DNA of 64,000 nt from an uncultured Pseudomonadales bacterium (GCA_964393205.1 CAYMSV010000001.1:5841-69840); one strand, 5' to 3'. Numbered from the stretch's first letter, positions 1-9,470 are shown. The notes: generated by a model not told the origin, from the letters alone. Translations and numbers: made by a program.

Positions 1-2
1 AA

Positions 3-404
3 AAGTTTGATGAGTCGCTCTCTCCAGAGGAGTTTAATAGTCCAAGATTTGCTTATCGGGTGATCTACACACAAAAAGTTGTTAACCATCCGGGTCAGGC
101 TGACCGTGTAATTGAGTTCATTGATCCCAAATCAGAAGCGGCTAAAAAAATAAACGTGACCTACGCATCAATTAAAGAGAAGGAAAAAACAAAATATAGA
201 GCAAGTACAATAGTCTCTAAAATACAAAGTGAGGGGTATCCGAAATTTAAGATGTATTCACATACGAAACTTTGGAAAAAGAATGATGGAAAGAACCCGA
301 GCAAAGGTTTTGGTGTGTCTGTAGAGGGTTATTGGTATTGGTACGAAAGCTGGTTAGATTTTGTTAGACAATATTGTAAGAAAAATAAACGAAAACTAAT
401 TTAA
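3..404 (+). CDS. C-terminal part of a DUF3644-like protein (5' end outside window)
   Basis: Frame is open from position 3 (KFDESLSPEEFNSPRFAYRVIYTQK...WYWYESWLDFVR). Resembles the DUF3644 family C-terminus from memory. Lies directly upstream of hsdR. Confidence 0.6.
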   Translation, partial: KFDESLSPEEFNSPRFAYRVIYTQKVVNHPGQADRVIEFIDPKSEAAKKINVTYASIKEKEKTKYRASTIVSKIQSEGYPKFKMYSHTKLWKKNDGKNPSKGFGVSVEGYWYWYESWLDFVRQYCKKNKRKLI

Positions 405-416
405 TAAAGAGTAACT

Positions 417-3353
417 ATGAAATTCAACGAACAATACACAGTCGAAAACCACATTATAAAATTTTTATCCAAAACACTTGGCTATGAATTCATCAAGCCA
501 GAGGAGTTTGCTCTTTTGCGTGAGCTGGAAAACCAGTATTTAGTTATTCCCCATCTTGCTGAAGCGATAAAGCAAATCAATGATTTGACTGATGATACTG
601 AAATACAAAGCGTCGTTAGGGAGGTAAAAAAGATTGATTCTAACGAGGGTTTTTTGAACCTATTGCGTAATGGAGTGAACATTAAGGATCCCACGACAGG
701 CAGAATGAGGGACTATGCGGTTGTTGACCATGACAATATTGAGAATAACCGCTTCGTAGTTACTAATCAGTTTTATTTTGAAGGTAACCTGGAAAATATC
801 AGAACTGATGTGATGATCTTTTTGAACGGTATCCCGGTGGTAGATATTGAAGCTAAAAGCCCCACCGCTTCCACTAGTGTCAGTTATGAGAATGCGATAG
901 GTCAAATCAAACGCTATGAGCGAGTAGCAATGAAGCTTTTTTGGCCAAACTTATTTAACATTGCGACCGATGGTCTCAAGACTGTCTATGGAACAACCTA
1001 TGCCCCAGAGCAGTACTTCTTGCAGTGGAGAGATGAAGAACTAGAAGAAAAGCTCGATGGGCAACTTGAGATGACTTTGGTGGCTTTGCTAGACAAAGAA
1101 AGATTACTGGACATCATCAAAAACTTTATATTATTCGAGCAGACAAAAGATGGGCGCATTAAAAAGATGGCTCGTTACCAGCAACTAAGGGCTACCAATA
1201 AGATTTTGGAGAGAGTCCAGGATGGTGAGAAAAGACGAGGTTTAATTTGGCATACCCAAGGATCTGGTAAATCGCTGACGATGTTTTTTACTGCTTGGAA
1301 GCTGAGGTTTTCCAAGGAATTGAAGAATCCTAAGGTGTTTGTTTTGGTAGATCGGATTGATCTTGATGATCAGATTTATGACACATTCGTTAACGCTGGC
1401 GGTAGAAATGTTATCCGTGTGACTTCGAGGCGTGATCTTGAGAAGAAAGTTACCAATGATGAACGAGGTATCTTCATCTCAACGATTGAGAAATTCAATG
1501 AATTGCCACTTGGTTTGGAGAATCCTACTGAAAATGTGATTGTGCTTTCTGACGAGGCGCATAGAACCAATGAAGGTGTGGCAGCGATTAAGCTGCGTGA
1601 CTCTATGGGAAAAGCCTTTTTCTTTGGCTTTACAGGTACTCCAATCGATAAAACAACACTTAATACTCACAGAAACTTTGGCCAAGAAGGCGAACGGTAT
1701 CTTGACTATTACTCTATTCAACAAGCCATAGATGATGGAGCAACTCTGCCAGTGACTTATGAGGCTCGATTATCGAAGTTTTTCATAGATGAGGATCGAG
1801 TGGACCAACAGTTTGACGAGATGACCACAGAGTTATCTGAAGAACAAAAACAACTAGTGATGAAGCGCTTTGGTAAAAAGGAAGCCCTGATTAAATTAGA
1901 CAAACGAATGCGAGCTGTTGCACAGGATATCGTAGATCATTATCGACTTTATATTGAGCCAAATGGTTTTAAAGCACAGATAGTCTGTTATGACAGAGAA
2001 TCGACAGCTAGGTATAAAGAGTTGTTTGATGAATTGATTCCCCCTGAGTGGTCAGAAGTAGTTTATTCTTCTGGCGATCCCAACTTAGATAAGGAGCACT
2101 TGAGGAAATATAACACCACTAAGGCTCAAAGAGAGCAAATTATTGAATCATTTAAAGACTCCAATAGTTCTCTCAAGTTGCTCTTAGTATGTGACATGTT
2201 GTTGACAGGATTTGATGCTCCAATTGAACAAGCTATGTATTTGGATAAACCATTGCGAGATCATAATCTTTTGCAAGCCATCGCCAGAACTAACCGTACC
2301 TATCCAAACAAGGGTTGCGGCAAGATTATTGATTACTATGGAATTACTAGAAATCTTTATGATGCTTTGAATTTTGATGAGAGCATTATCGACTCAGCCA
2401 TGATTGATTTGGATCACCTAAAACAAGAATTCCTTGAAGTACTAGGTGAGATTAAGGATATCTTCACTGGCATCAACCAAGAAGACCCCTCTATTGAGAA
2501 TTTAAGAACTTGTCTCAAGATTTTTATAGACAACGAAGGCAAACAGCGATACTTCACTGATAAGTACTCCAGATTAAAGCTCTTGTTTGAAGTCCTTTCT
2601 CCTGATCCTTTCTTAGCTCAATATATTAGAACTTTTGAATGGATTACCAGTGTTTACATTGCTTTTATCAACGAGTTCCGCTCTGAAAATCTGGCAATGG
2701 AAGCTTTTAGGGATGGTAGCATTCCTACCTTTGGTGAATATGGTCAGAAAGTTAAAAAATTAATCCAAGATAATCTAGATTATGAAGGAATCACCAAGAG
2801 TTTTAGAGAGCTTAATATCAATGATATCTACACACTGGAGCGGCTAGACAAAATGGATGATGAGGAAAAAGCTCTCAATCTTGAAAAGATGCTCAAGCAG
2901 GAAATTTCTATTAATATCGATACCAACCCTGTGTTTCAGAAGTTTAGTGAGAGATTGACCGCTATTCGCAAAGAGTTTGAACAGCATCAAATTGACCTCT
3001 CTGAGAGGATTAAACGTTATTACGATTTAATGAATGACATTAAGAGCAAATCTGATGAGGCAAAAGAATTGGGCTTAAACTTGCGAGAGTACGGACTTCT
3101 GGTTATCTCTCAAGAGTTCTTACCTGATACAGACCAAGCTATTGTTATCTCTCTTTCCAGAGACTTAGCAAAAAGGCTAGAAGCCATCCTCGACGAAGGT
3201 TGGCAAAATTCATCAAAACGAGAGGAGTTTTTGAAAGGTGTCAAACAAACGATTCAGGAACTAATCCTGAAAGAATACAGGGATAGAATTCAAGTCAAAG
3301 ATTTTCCTAAATTCTTAAACAGATTGGTTGATATCGTAATCAAAAAATTCTAA
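417..3353 (+). CDS. hsdR: Type I restriction endonuclease subunit R
   Basis: Nuclease motif D..(NGIP)..IEAK, Walker A HTQGSGKS, DEAH box, FTGTP, MLLTGFDAP, QAIARTNR; 978 aa. Confidence 0.95.
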   Translation: MKFNEQYTVENHIIKFLSKTLGYEFIKPEEFALLRELENQYLVIPHLAEAIKQINDLTDDTEIQSVVREVKKIDSNEGFLNLLRNGVNIKDPTTGRMRDYAVVDHDNIENNRFVVTNQFYFEGNLENIRTDVMIFLNGIPVVDIEAKSPTASTSVSYENAIGQIKRYERVAMKLFWPNLFNIATDGLKTVYGTTYAPEQYFLQWRDEELEEKLDGQLEMTLVALLDKERLLDIIKNFILFEQTKDGRIKKMARYQQLRATNKILERVQDGEKRRGLIWHTQGSGKSLTMFFTAWKLRFSKELKNPKVFVLVDRIDLDDQIYDTFVNAGGRNVIRVTSRRDLEKKVTNDERGIFISTIEKFNELPLGLENPTENVIVLSDEAHRTNEGVAAIKLRDSMGKAFFFGFTGTPIDKTTLNTHRNFGQEGERYLDYYSIQQAIDDGATLPVTYEARLSKFFIDEDRVDQQFDEMTTELSEEQKQLVMKRFGKKEALIKLDKRMRAVAQDIVDHYRLYIEPNGFKAQIVCYDRESTARYKELFDELIPPEWSEVVYSSGDPNLDKEHLRKYNTTKAQREQIIESFKDSNSSLKLLLVCDMLLTGFDAPIEQAMYLDKPLRDHNLLQAIARTNRTYPNKGCGKIIDYYGITRNLYDALNFDESIIDSAMIDLDHLKQEFLEVLGEIKDIFTGINQEDPSIENLRTCLKIFIDNEGKQRYFTDKYSRLKLLFEVLSPDPFLAQYIRTFEWITSVYIAFINEFRSENLAMEAFRDGSIPTFGEYGQKVKKLIQDNLDYEGITKSFRELNINDIYTLERLDKMDDEEKALNLEKMLKQEISINIDTNPVFQKFSERLTAIRKEFEQHQIDLSERIKRYYDLMNDIKSKSDEAKELGLNLREYGLLVISQEFLPDTDQAIVISLSRDLAKRLEAILDEGWQNSSKREEFLKGVKQTIQELILKEYRDRIQVKDFPKFLNRLVDIVIKKF

Positions 3354-3925
3354 TGAAGAAGCAAATAAGCCTACACAACAAAGTTGTTGATTACTCTGTC
3401 CGCAGGAGCAACAGGGCAAAACGGATGAGGTTGGCTGTATATTGCGATGGTAATTTCGTGGTTACTGTTCCAAAAGATTTTCCTGCAAACTCAATTGACA
3501 GGTATCTAATAGAAAAATCTAAGTGGGTAGTTAGCAAACTGGATTTTTTTGAAAAACTTAACAAGAAGCAAAAATTGTCTCTGGGCGATGATGGGTTCGT
3601 GATCTACAAGGATAAAGCCTTGAAAATGGTTACTGAGAGGTTATTAGAACTTAATAATGAGCATTATGGATTTAAGTTTAATAAAATTGCCATTAAAAAT
3701 CAGAAGACACGCTGGGGAAGTTGTTCCAAAAAAAGAAACCTTAACTTCAATTATAAAATCCTATTTTTATCTCCCAAGATGCGGGACTACATTATTATCC
3801 ATGAACTATGTCACTTGAGAGAGTTTAATCATTCTAATAAGTTTTGGCGATTAGTGGCTAAAGCTATCCCTAACTATGCTGATATTGTTGAAGAGTTAAA
3901 GTTAAAAGGATTGATGATTGATTGA
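3353..3925 (+). CDS. YgjP/M48-family zinc metallopeptidase (DUF45-like)
   Basis: RWGSCS and HELCH (HExxH) motifs. Start overlaps the hsdR stop (TAATG), a typical type I R-M neighbour. Confidence 0.9.
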   Translation: MKKQISLHNKVVDYSVRRSNRAKRMRLAVYCDGNFVVTVPKDFPANSIDRYLIEKSKWVVSKLDFFEKLNKKQKLSLGDDGFVIYKDKALKMVTERLLELNNEHYGFKFNKIAIKNQKTRWGSCSKKRNLNFNYKILFLSPKMRDYIIIHELCHLREFNHSNKFWRLVAKAIPNYADIVEELKLKGLMID

Positions 3926-4539
3926 TTTTTATGAATATGCCTACTCCAAGAAAGATGAACCACGGTGTAAAAATCTCTCATAAGGGTTTCAGTGTGACTG
4001 ACCTTGATAAAGAGCGATCAGTTAAGGCTATTAATAAAAAGGTCCTGCCGCATTTATTATCTAGCCTAGCCCTTCCTTACCTTCTTGGGGCAAAAACTCA
4101 AGTAGAAAGATATATATTTGCGGCCTTGCAGCTCAAAACTCAACCATCAATAGCCACAATGGGATGTCTACATGAAGCATCAACTTTATTTGAAGACTTA
4201 AACACGGTGATTATTTATATGAGGAAATGTGGCAAGGACCACAAACTTCATCAGTTATGGACGGATATTCGTAATCACATTCGACACGCGGTCAGAGAGG
4301 AATTTGATAGAGAGGACGACTCAGTAAAAAATGAGAGAGCCCAAAGATTAAGCCTCGACCCAAAACTTCAGATAGGTATTGGATTTGATACAGACGCGAT
4401 AAAAGTAGGAGGGACTCTTGTAGAGCTGTCCGAGATAAATAAGTATCTAGCTTGGGCTGAGGGCGTTATTGCAGATATTTTAGTCAAAGCAAGTGAAGAC
4501 GGCTTCATTGAAGGTATCAGGGTAGTTAAGAAACCATAA
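3922..4539 (+). CDS. Hypothetical protein, possible HEPN-type RNase (start probably ATG 3931 or 3937)
   Basis: Helical protein with RNHIRH (R-x4-H); last gene of the R-M operon. Confidence 0.45.
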   Translation: MIFMNMPTPRKMNHGVKISHKGFSVTDLDKERSVKAINKKVLPHLLSSLALPYLLGAKTQVERYIFAALQLKTQPSIATMGCLHEASTLFEDLNTVIIYMRKCGKDHKLHQLWTDIRNHIRHAVREEFDREDDSVKNERAQRLSLDPKLQIGIGFDTDAIKVGGTLVELSEINKYLAWAEGVIADILVKASEDGFIEGIRVVKKP

Positions 4540-4556
4540 TCGAGATAAAGGAATCT

Positions 4557-4583
4557 GTTGACATCTCCGATTCTGATGTCAAC
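4557..4583. repeat. 9-bp inverted repeat at island edge
   Basis: GTTGACATC-N9-GATGTCAAC, with another GTTGACAT half-site at about 4598. Confidence 0.6.
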
Positions 4584-4611
4584 AAAACCGTTAAAAAGTT
4601 GACATTTGCTT

Positions 4612-4755
4612 TCACTGTTGTAGAAATCTATTCACTTCCTTCACCGTCCACTCTGGATATTCCAGCTCGCTGACCCAATCAATTCGTCCAAATTCATACC
4701 ATTTCTCGAGTTTTTTAATCGGGGTAGTGGGTGAAATGATTTCTGAAAATCGGTT
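4612..4755 (-). pseudogene. Start-less coding fragment, copy 1 (possible recombinase C-terminal tail)
   Basis: Open frame NRFSEIISPTTPIKKLEKWYEFGRIDWVSELEYPEWTVKEVNRFLQQ* with no start codon. Homologous to 5850-5948. Confidence 0.45.
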
Positions 4756-4759
4756 TTAA

Positions 4760-4802
4760 AATGTAATATATTATTGACATAATGTAAATAATATATTACA
4801 TT
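4760..4802 (+). promoter_or_regulatory. Palindromic operator overlapping a sigma70 promoter
   Basis: Perfect 16-bp inverted repeat AATGTAATATATTATT-N11-AATAATATATTACATT. It contains TTGACA(4774)-N17-TACATT(4797), and the ATG follows 6 nt later. Confidence 0.8.
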
Positions 4803-4808
4803 ACACTT

Positions 4809-5231
4809 ATGAACATAAAAACATACCAACAAATTCGCATTGCAGTTACTTTTTTTGTCGGACTGTTAGTATCTATTTCAGTCGTCCGTGATAGTTTCTT
4901 ACTGGCTCTTGCTGGTGTTTTAACTGGTCTAGTCTTTGTGTTCCTGGTGCGAGCCAAAGCCAAAATCAAAACTGATGAAAGAGAACAAACGATTCAAGAA
5001 AAGGCTGCTCGCCTAACCTATGCTATTTTTGCTCCCACCATTGGAATTGTCGCATTGCTGTTACTTTTGCCATCCAAAGGTGGCTTTGCTGTTTTTAGCA
5101 AAGGCGAATGGTTGTATCTAGAGTCGCTGGGGATGATTTTTGCGTACCTGTCTTTATTTTTGATTGCTGTGTACGCCATCTCTTATCACTTTTTTAATAA
5201 GAGATATACAGGTGGAAGTGATGAAAAATAA
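4809..5231 (+). CDS. DUF2178-like membrane protein
   Basis: Four hydrophobic segments with a DERE...I..KAAR motif, next to an XRE regulator. Confidence 0.75.
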   Translation: MNIKTYQQIRIAVTFFVGLLVSISVVRDSFLLALAGVLTGLVFVFLVRAKAKIKTDEREQTIQEKAARLTYAIFAPTIGIVALLLLLPSKGGFAVFSKGEWLYLESLGMIFAYLSLFLIAVYAISYHFFNKRYTGGSDEK

Positions 5232-5430
5232 ACTAAAAGTCTATCGAGCAATGTACGACTTGACTCAAGAACAACTAGCAGAACAAATTGGCGTTAGTCG
5301 GCAAACTGTCATTGCCATTGAGGCAGATAAATATCTGCCCTCGCTGGGTTTGGCTTTCAAAATGGCTCGGCATTTCCGAGTTAAAGTAGAAGATATTTTT
5401 ATTTATGAAGGAGATGAAAATGACAACTAA
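5221..5430 (+). CDS. XRE/Cro-C1 helix-turn-helix transcriptional regulator
   Basis: MKNKLKVYRAMYDLTQEQLAEQIGVSRQTVIAIEADKYLPSL. Start set to ATG 5221 after GGTGGA. Confidence 0.92.
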   Translation: MKNKLKVYRAMYDLTQEQLAEQIGVSRQTVIAIEADKYLPSLGLAFKMARHFRVKVEDIFIYEGDENDN

Positions 5431-5821
5431 CACCATAAAAGAAAAAGTATTATATGTATTGGCTATCGGGATCAGTATCTTTTTGTTGTTTGTTTTTATA
5501 ACCAGTGTATGGATTGGCCATGAGGCCAAAAATCTGTGTCAACAGGCTCAATGGCAGTATGGTGGTAATTGCACAGAGGCTCTCATTAGCCAGTTGGATG
5601 ATCAACACCAAGCCTACCGCAGACGCAATCATGCCATCTGGGCTCTAGGGCAATTGGGAGATGGTCGCGCCCTGCCTGTTTTAGAAAAATACTACACTGG
5701 CGACATTCCCAACAGGGAACCGCTTGATGAAACAATTAGCCAGTATGAGTTAAAAAAAGCGATTAACTTAGTAAATGGGGAAACCAATATCTCTGCTTGG
5801 ATTTGGAGAAACTTGTTGTGA
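5405..5821 (+). CDS. Membrane-anchored HEAT-repeat protein (start possibly 5414 or 5420)
   Basis: N-terminal TM helix, then RNHAIWALGQLGDGRALPVLEK (HEAT/PBS-lyase-like). Confidence 0.7.
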   Translation: MKEMKMTTNTIKEKVLYVLAIGISIFLLFVFITSVWIGHEAKNLCQQAQWQYGGNCTEALISQLDDQHQAYRRRNHAIWALGQLGDGRALPVLEKYYTGDIPNREPLDETISQYELKKAINLVNGETNISAWIWRNLL

Positions 5822-5849
5822 TCGACATCAAATTGGGAGATAGATAAGC

Positions 5850-5948
5850 TCAAGAGCGTAGAAATCTACTCACTTCTTTAGCAGTTCATTTCGGGTATTT
5901 AAGATAAGTCAGCCAAGCAATGTGTCGGAAAATCTCCCGTCCCTCGAG
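5850..5948 (-). pseudogene. Decayed second copy of the 4612-4710 fragment
   Basis: LEGREIFRHIAWLTYLKYPK*TAKEVSRFLRS*. Gap-free 99-nt alignment to copy 1, 63/99 identical by hand count, with W changed to TGA. Confidence 0.55.
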
Positions 5949-6129
5949 CTACGCATCATTTACTCAAACCGAATTTCTTTTTTCCAATTAGTGATTAAAG
6001 TTGTTTAATGATTTATCATCTCTCAATTTATCTTGTTCTTCATTCAAAGTTACATCCTCCAGATCTTCTATTCTAGAGATTAGTTCATTTTGCCTATCTT
6101 CATCCATGTGTTAATTATATAATTAGCCT

Positions 6130-7632
6130 ATGACCATTTCCAAATCCGACTACATGCTTTTTTTACGCCACTCGGCTTGGTTGTGGCTCAAAAAATACCA
6201 GCCAGAGCGCCTTCCTCAACCCGATGCCAATCTCCAAGCCATTTTTGACACTGGTCACCGCTTTGAAGCCTATGCTGAACAGCTCTTTAATGGTGCGGTT
6301 AAACTTGGTTTTACTGGCTATGAGCAGTATTTGAGTTTGCCAGCCAAGACTCAAGCCTTGCTTGATCAGTACACCCCAGTTATTTTGCAGGGTAGGCTAG
6401 AGGTCGATGGTTTAACCTGTATATTTGATGTCTTAGAGCGTGTTGACGAACACATCCTTAATCTCATCGAAATTAAATCTAGCACTAAGGCTAAGAGCGA
6501 GCATTTTTATGATTTAGCTTTCCAAGCGCTGATTCTGGAGCGCTCGGGTTGGCAAATTAATGAAATTAGTGTCTTACATGTTAATAATGACTATGTTCGC
6601 CAAGGAGAAATTGATCCGGCACAACTGACTGGTCGCACTGAGGTCACTGAGGAGGTCAAAGCTCTGCTGCCGGCCACCAAAGAGCTGGTTGAGCAGGCTT
6701 GGGCAGTAGTTAAGAGAGAGCAAGTGCCCTCTTTTTCACCTACCTTAGTCAATCAAGTAGGGGTGAAAGATGTTGGCTGGTTTAAGGACTGGTTGGGGAT
6801 TTATAAAGACTTACATCCAGATCTGGATTCCTCCAGTATTTATCATTTAGCTGGGCTCAATAGCAAGTTATTAAGCGAACTGGACGAGCAGGGGATTGAG
6901 CTGCTGGCAGATATTCCTATGGCTACAAAACTTAATTCCAAACAAGTAGCTCAAATTCAGGCCACCTGCAGTGGGGAGCGGCTGATAAATCAGCCAGCAA
7001 TTAAGGAATTTCTACAGTCACTACAGTATCCCTTATATTTTTTTGATTATGAAACCCTCAGTTCTGCCATTCCTTTTTTTGATGGCATGAAACCTTATCA
7101 GGATTATCCCTTTCAGTACTCCTTGCATGTTTTAAGGGCGCCCGATGCCAAACTAGAGCACCTTGAGTATTTGCACTCCACAAACAGCAATCCCATGCCC
7201 GAATTAATCGCGAAGTTAAAGAGCGATCTTGGTGAGCAGGGCAGTATTTTGGCTTGGAATAAGGTTTATGAAGAGAAATGCAATAATACGATGGCCGAGC
7301 TTTATCCAGAGGAAGCTGAGTTTTTACAGCAAGTTAATGAGCGCTTAGTAGATTTAATGTTGGTATTTCAACAGTTATATTTTGTCGATAAAGATTTTAA
7401 AGGCAGTGCTAGTTTGAAAAGTGTTTTGCCAGTTTTAGCGCCCGATTGCAGTTACAGCGATCTGAATGTTTCCGATGGATTATTGGCTAGAAGACTGTGG
7501 ACAAACACTATTTTGCTTAGTCAAAATGAGGCGGAGAAAGAAGCCATTCTAAAAGATCTGAGTGCATATTGTACTCTAGATACCTTTGGCATGGTGCGGA
7601 TTTTTGAGGAGTTGGGGAAGGTGGTGGGGTAA
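6130..7632 (+). CDS. DUF2779-domain protein (PD-(D/E)XK/Cas4-like N-terminus plus RNase H-like domain)
   Basis: ISKSDY start, D..IEIKSST..DLAFQ, YFFDYET, PFQYSLH, SLKSVLP, YCTLDT motifs. Confidence 0.8.
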   Translation: MTISKSDYMLFLRHSAWLWLKKYQPERLPQPDANLQAIFDTGHRFEAYAEQLFNGAVKLGFTGYEQYLSLPAKTQALLDQYTPVILQGRLEVDGLTCIFDVLERVDEHILNLIEIKSSTKAKSEHFYDLAFQALILERSGWQINEISVLHVNNDYVRQGEIDPAQLTGRTEVTEEVKALLPATKELVEQAWAVVKREQVPSFSPTLVNQVGVKDVGWFKDWLGIYKDLHPDLDSSSIYHLAGLNSKLLSELDEQGIELLADIPMATKLNSKQVAQIQATCSGERLINQPAIKEFLQSLQYPLYFFDYETLSSAIPFFDGMKPYQDYPFQYSLHVLRAPDAKLEHLEYLHSTNSNPMPELIAKLKSDLGEQGSILAWNKVYEEKCNNTMAELYPEEAEFLQQVNERLVDLMLVFQQLYFVDKDFKGSASLKSVLPVLAPDCSYSDLNVSDGLLARRLWTNTILLSQNEAEKEAILKDLSAYCTLDTFGMVRIFEELGKVVG

Positions 7633-7751
7633 GCTTGTTATTTTTCAAATTTTTGGATAGTCAAACAATTTTTTTGGTTCTTCCTATCACACAAACATAA
7701 AATTAACATAAAATTTTCCCAAACATTTGCTCTCGTGTTACACTAAACCTA

Positions 7752-8690
7752 GTGTTCAAATTTAATTCTGCTTTGATCATTCACGCCCTTCTGCTTTCTC
7801 TTTTTGTTTTAGTTATCTTTGTTTATTGGTTTGCGATTTTACCTCGTGAGCAAATTTTTCTTTATGGGCATATGGGTTATGGTCCGCTGTCAGCCTTTAC
7901 TATTTCTCGACACTGGATGACGGGTTTGGTGATTGGGGAAATGCTTTTAGTTATTTATTTGCCACTCAATTTAATTTTAAAGAAGTTTTTTAAAGGTTAT
8001 CAGCTTCCTGATTGGAAAAATTTAAGTTACTATCTCTGTCTTTATCTTTTTTTACCACTTTTTTTGCTCTTAACTGTTTTTGCTAAGCCAACTTTGCCTT
8101 TTTTACTTAGTTTATGGGTGTTTGTTATCTTATTTTTAGTTCTGCGCTTGGCCCTCTACTTAACTCACTTGGCTTTCAATAATTTCAAACACTTTATTTG
8201 GTTAACTATAGATGCGCTTTCACTATTGCCGGTATTGATGATCGTGCCAACCTTAATTCAATATGGTCTACAGCGCTCTTTTCCGCTCTTTCCTTTATTA
8301 GTCTTACCACCTTTGGTAGCAGCAGCTTTGAGTTTAATTTGGTTTACTATTATTACTTGGCTCTCTAAGCGCTTTCAGCGTCCCATGCCTAGTTCACTGC
8401 AGCTTTTCTTATCTGCGCTGGAGAGTGCTTATCTCTTCTTCCCCTTCTTGCACTATTTTATTTCTAATCCCAGTGGCACTCTGTATATTACTAATGGTGA
8501 TAATTTTTTTGCCAGCAATCCACTGATTCAGTTAGGAACTTTTGTCCTGGTTTTAGTTTTGCTAAAAATATTTATGAGACGCCGCGGGCAAGAGAGCAGT
8601 GATGATTTTACTGCCACGCTCAAATTATTTTTACTCTTAGCTGTTTTAGTGATTGTCAATTTTATTTTGCGCCAGTTTTTAGTAGTGTGA
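7752..8690 (+). CDS. Multi-pass membrane protein
   Basis: About 9 hydrophobic segments; GTG start. Confidence 0.7.
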   Translation: MFKFNSALIIHALLLSLFVLVIFVYWFAILPREQIFLYGHMGYGPLSAFTISRHWMTGLVIGEMLLVIYLPLNLILKKFFKGYQLPDWKNLSYYLCLYLFLPLFLLLTVFAKPTLPFLLSLWVFVILFLVLRLALYLTHLAFNNFKHFIWLTIDALSLLPVLMIVPTLIQYGLQRSFPLFPLLVLPPLVAAALSLIWFTIITWLSKRFQRPMPSSLQLFLSALESAYLFFPFLHYFISNPSGTLYITNGDNFFASNPLIQLGTFVLVLVLLKIFMRRRGQESSDDFTATLKLFLLLAVLVIVNFILRQFLVV

Positions 8691-8747
8691 TTTTTTCTCA
8701 AGTACTTGTCTTTATGATATAATATACTCGAGTATTTTCCTGCCCCC

Positions 8748-9470
8748 TTGAAAGTAATTATGGCAGTTAGTCTTCATGGTCGAGAAGTTAGCGCTGCTGT
8801 TTTTGATTTTGATCAAACCCTCTATCGATGTAATGGAGAAGCTGAAGAACATATGTGGGGTGATTTGCGACGTAAATTAGTAACAGACCCCAATGTTTTA
8901 GCCAAACAAAAAATTGTCAATCCAGACGAAGAAACGATAAAAAATCTAGTAAAAACCTATGTTGAACTAGCTCAAGAAATAAGTTGGAAGCCGGCGTTTT
9001 TAGCCATGGGTGGTAATGAAAAAGACTATCTTGAAATTACTTCATCTTTATCTATAGCTGATTATTTATCTTATGATCCAGAGTTAGTAAAACTCTTGAG
9101 TATGTTAATACAGCATCTACCAGTACATATTTTTACTGGATCAACCAGAGGGCGAGTTTTTGATGCTTTAGAAGTACTGCTAGGAAGTTTAAGTGATCAA
9201 TTTTTATATAAAAAAGTTTTAGCAGTTGATGATATGAAAAAAGGGACCAAGCCTGATTTAGCAGCTTATCAAGAGATGTTGGAGAGATTTAGACTCGAAC
9301 CCCAATCAACGATCTTTGTTGACGACCAAATAGCCGAAGTAGAAGCAGCTGCTAGCTTAGGAATAATTACTTTTTTAATTAGGGAGCAGGGCGAGGACGA
9401 TGAGGCAATTAATCCTCATATTCTTATTAATTCAGTTTTAGATTTAACAAAATATTTGGAAATCAAATGA
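8748..9470 (+). CDS. HAD-superfamily hydrolase, nucleotidase-like (likely start ATG 8760)
   Basis: FDFDQTLY (DxD), FTGS, KP and FVDD motifs. Confidence 0.85.
   Translation: MKVIMAVSLHGREVSAAVFDFDQTLYRCNGEAEEHMWGDLRRKLVTDPNVLAKQKIVNPDEETIKNLVKTYVELAQEISWKPAFLAMGGNEKDYLEITSSLSIADYLSYDPELVKLLSMLIQHLPVHIFTGSTRGRVFDALEVLLGSLSDQFLYKKVLAVDDMKKGTKPDLAAYQEMLERFRLEPQSTIFVDDQIAEVEAAASLGIITFLIREQGEDDEAINPHILINSVLDLTKYLEIK

Noticed and set aside
4641-4832. 63-aa minus-strand ORF in the track
   Set aside because: Runs through the operator palindrome and overlaps the 4809 gene. The frame conserved between the two repeat copies is a different one.
5850-5948. TGA recoding (genetic code 25 or 4) suggested by TGA aligned to Trp
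   Set aside because: TGA terminates bona fide genes here (topA, rpsR, mreC), so code 11 applies and this is pseudogene decay.
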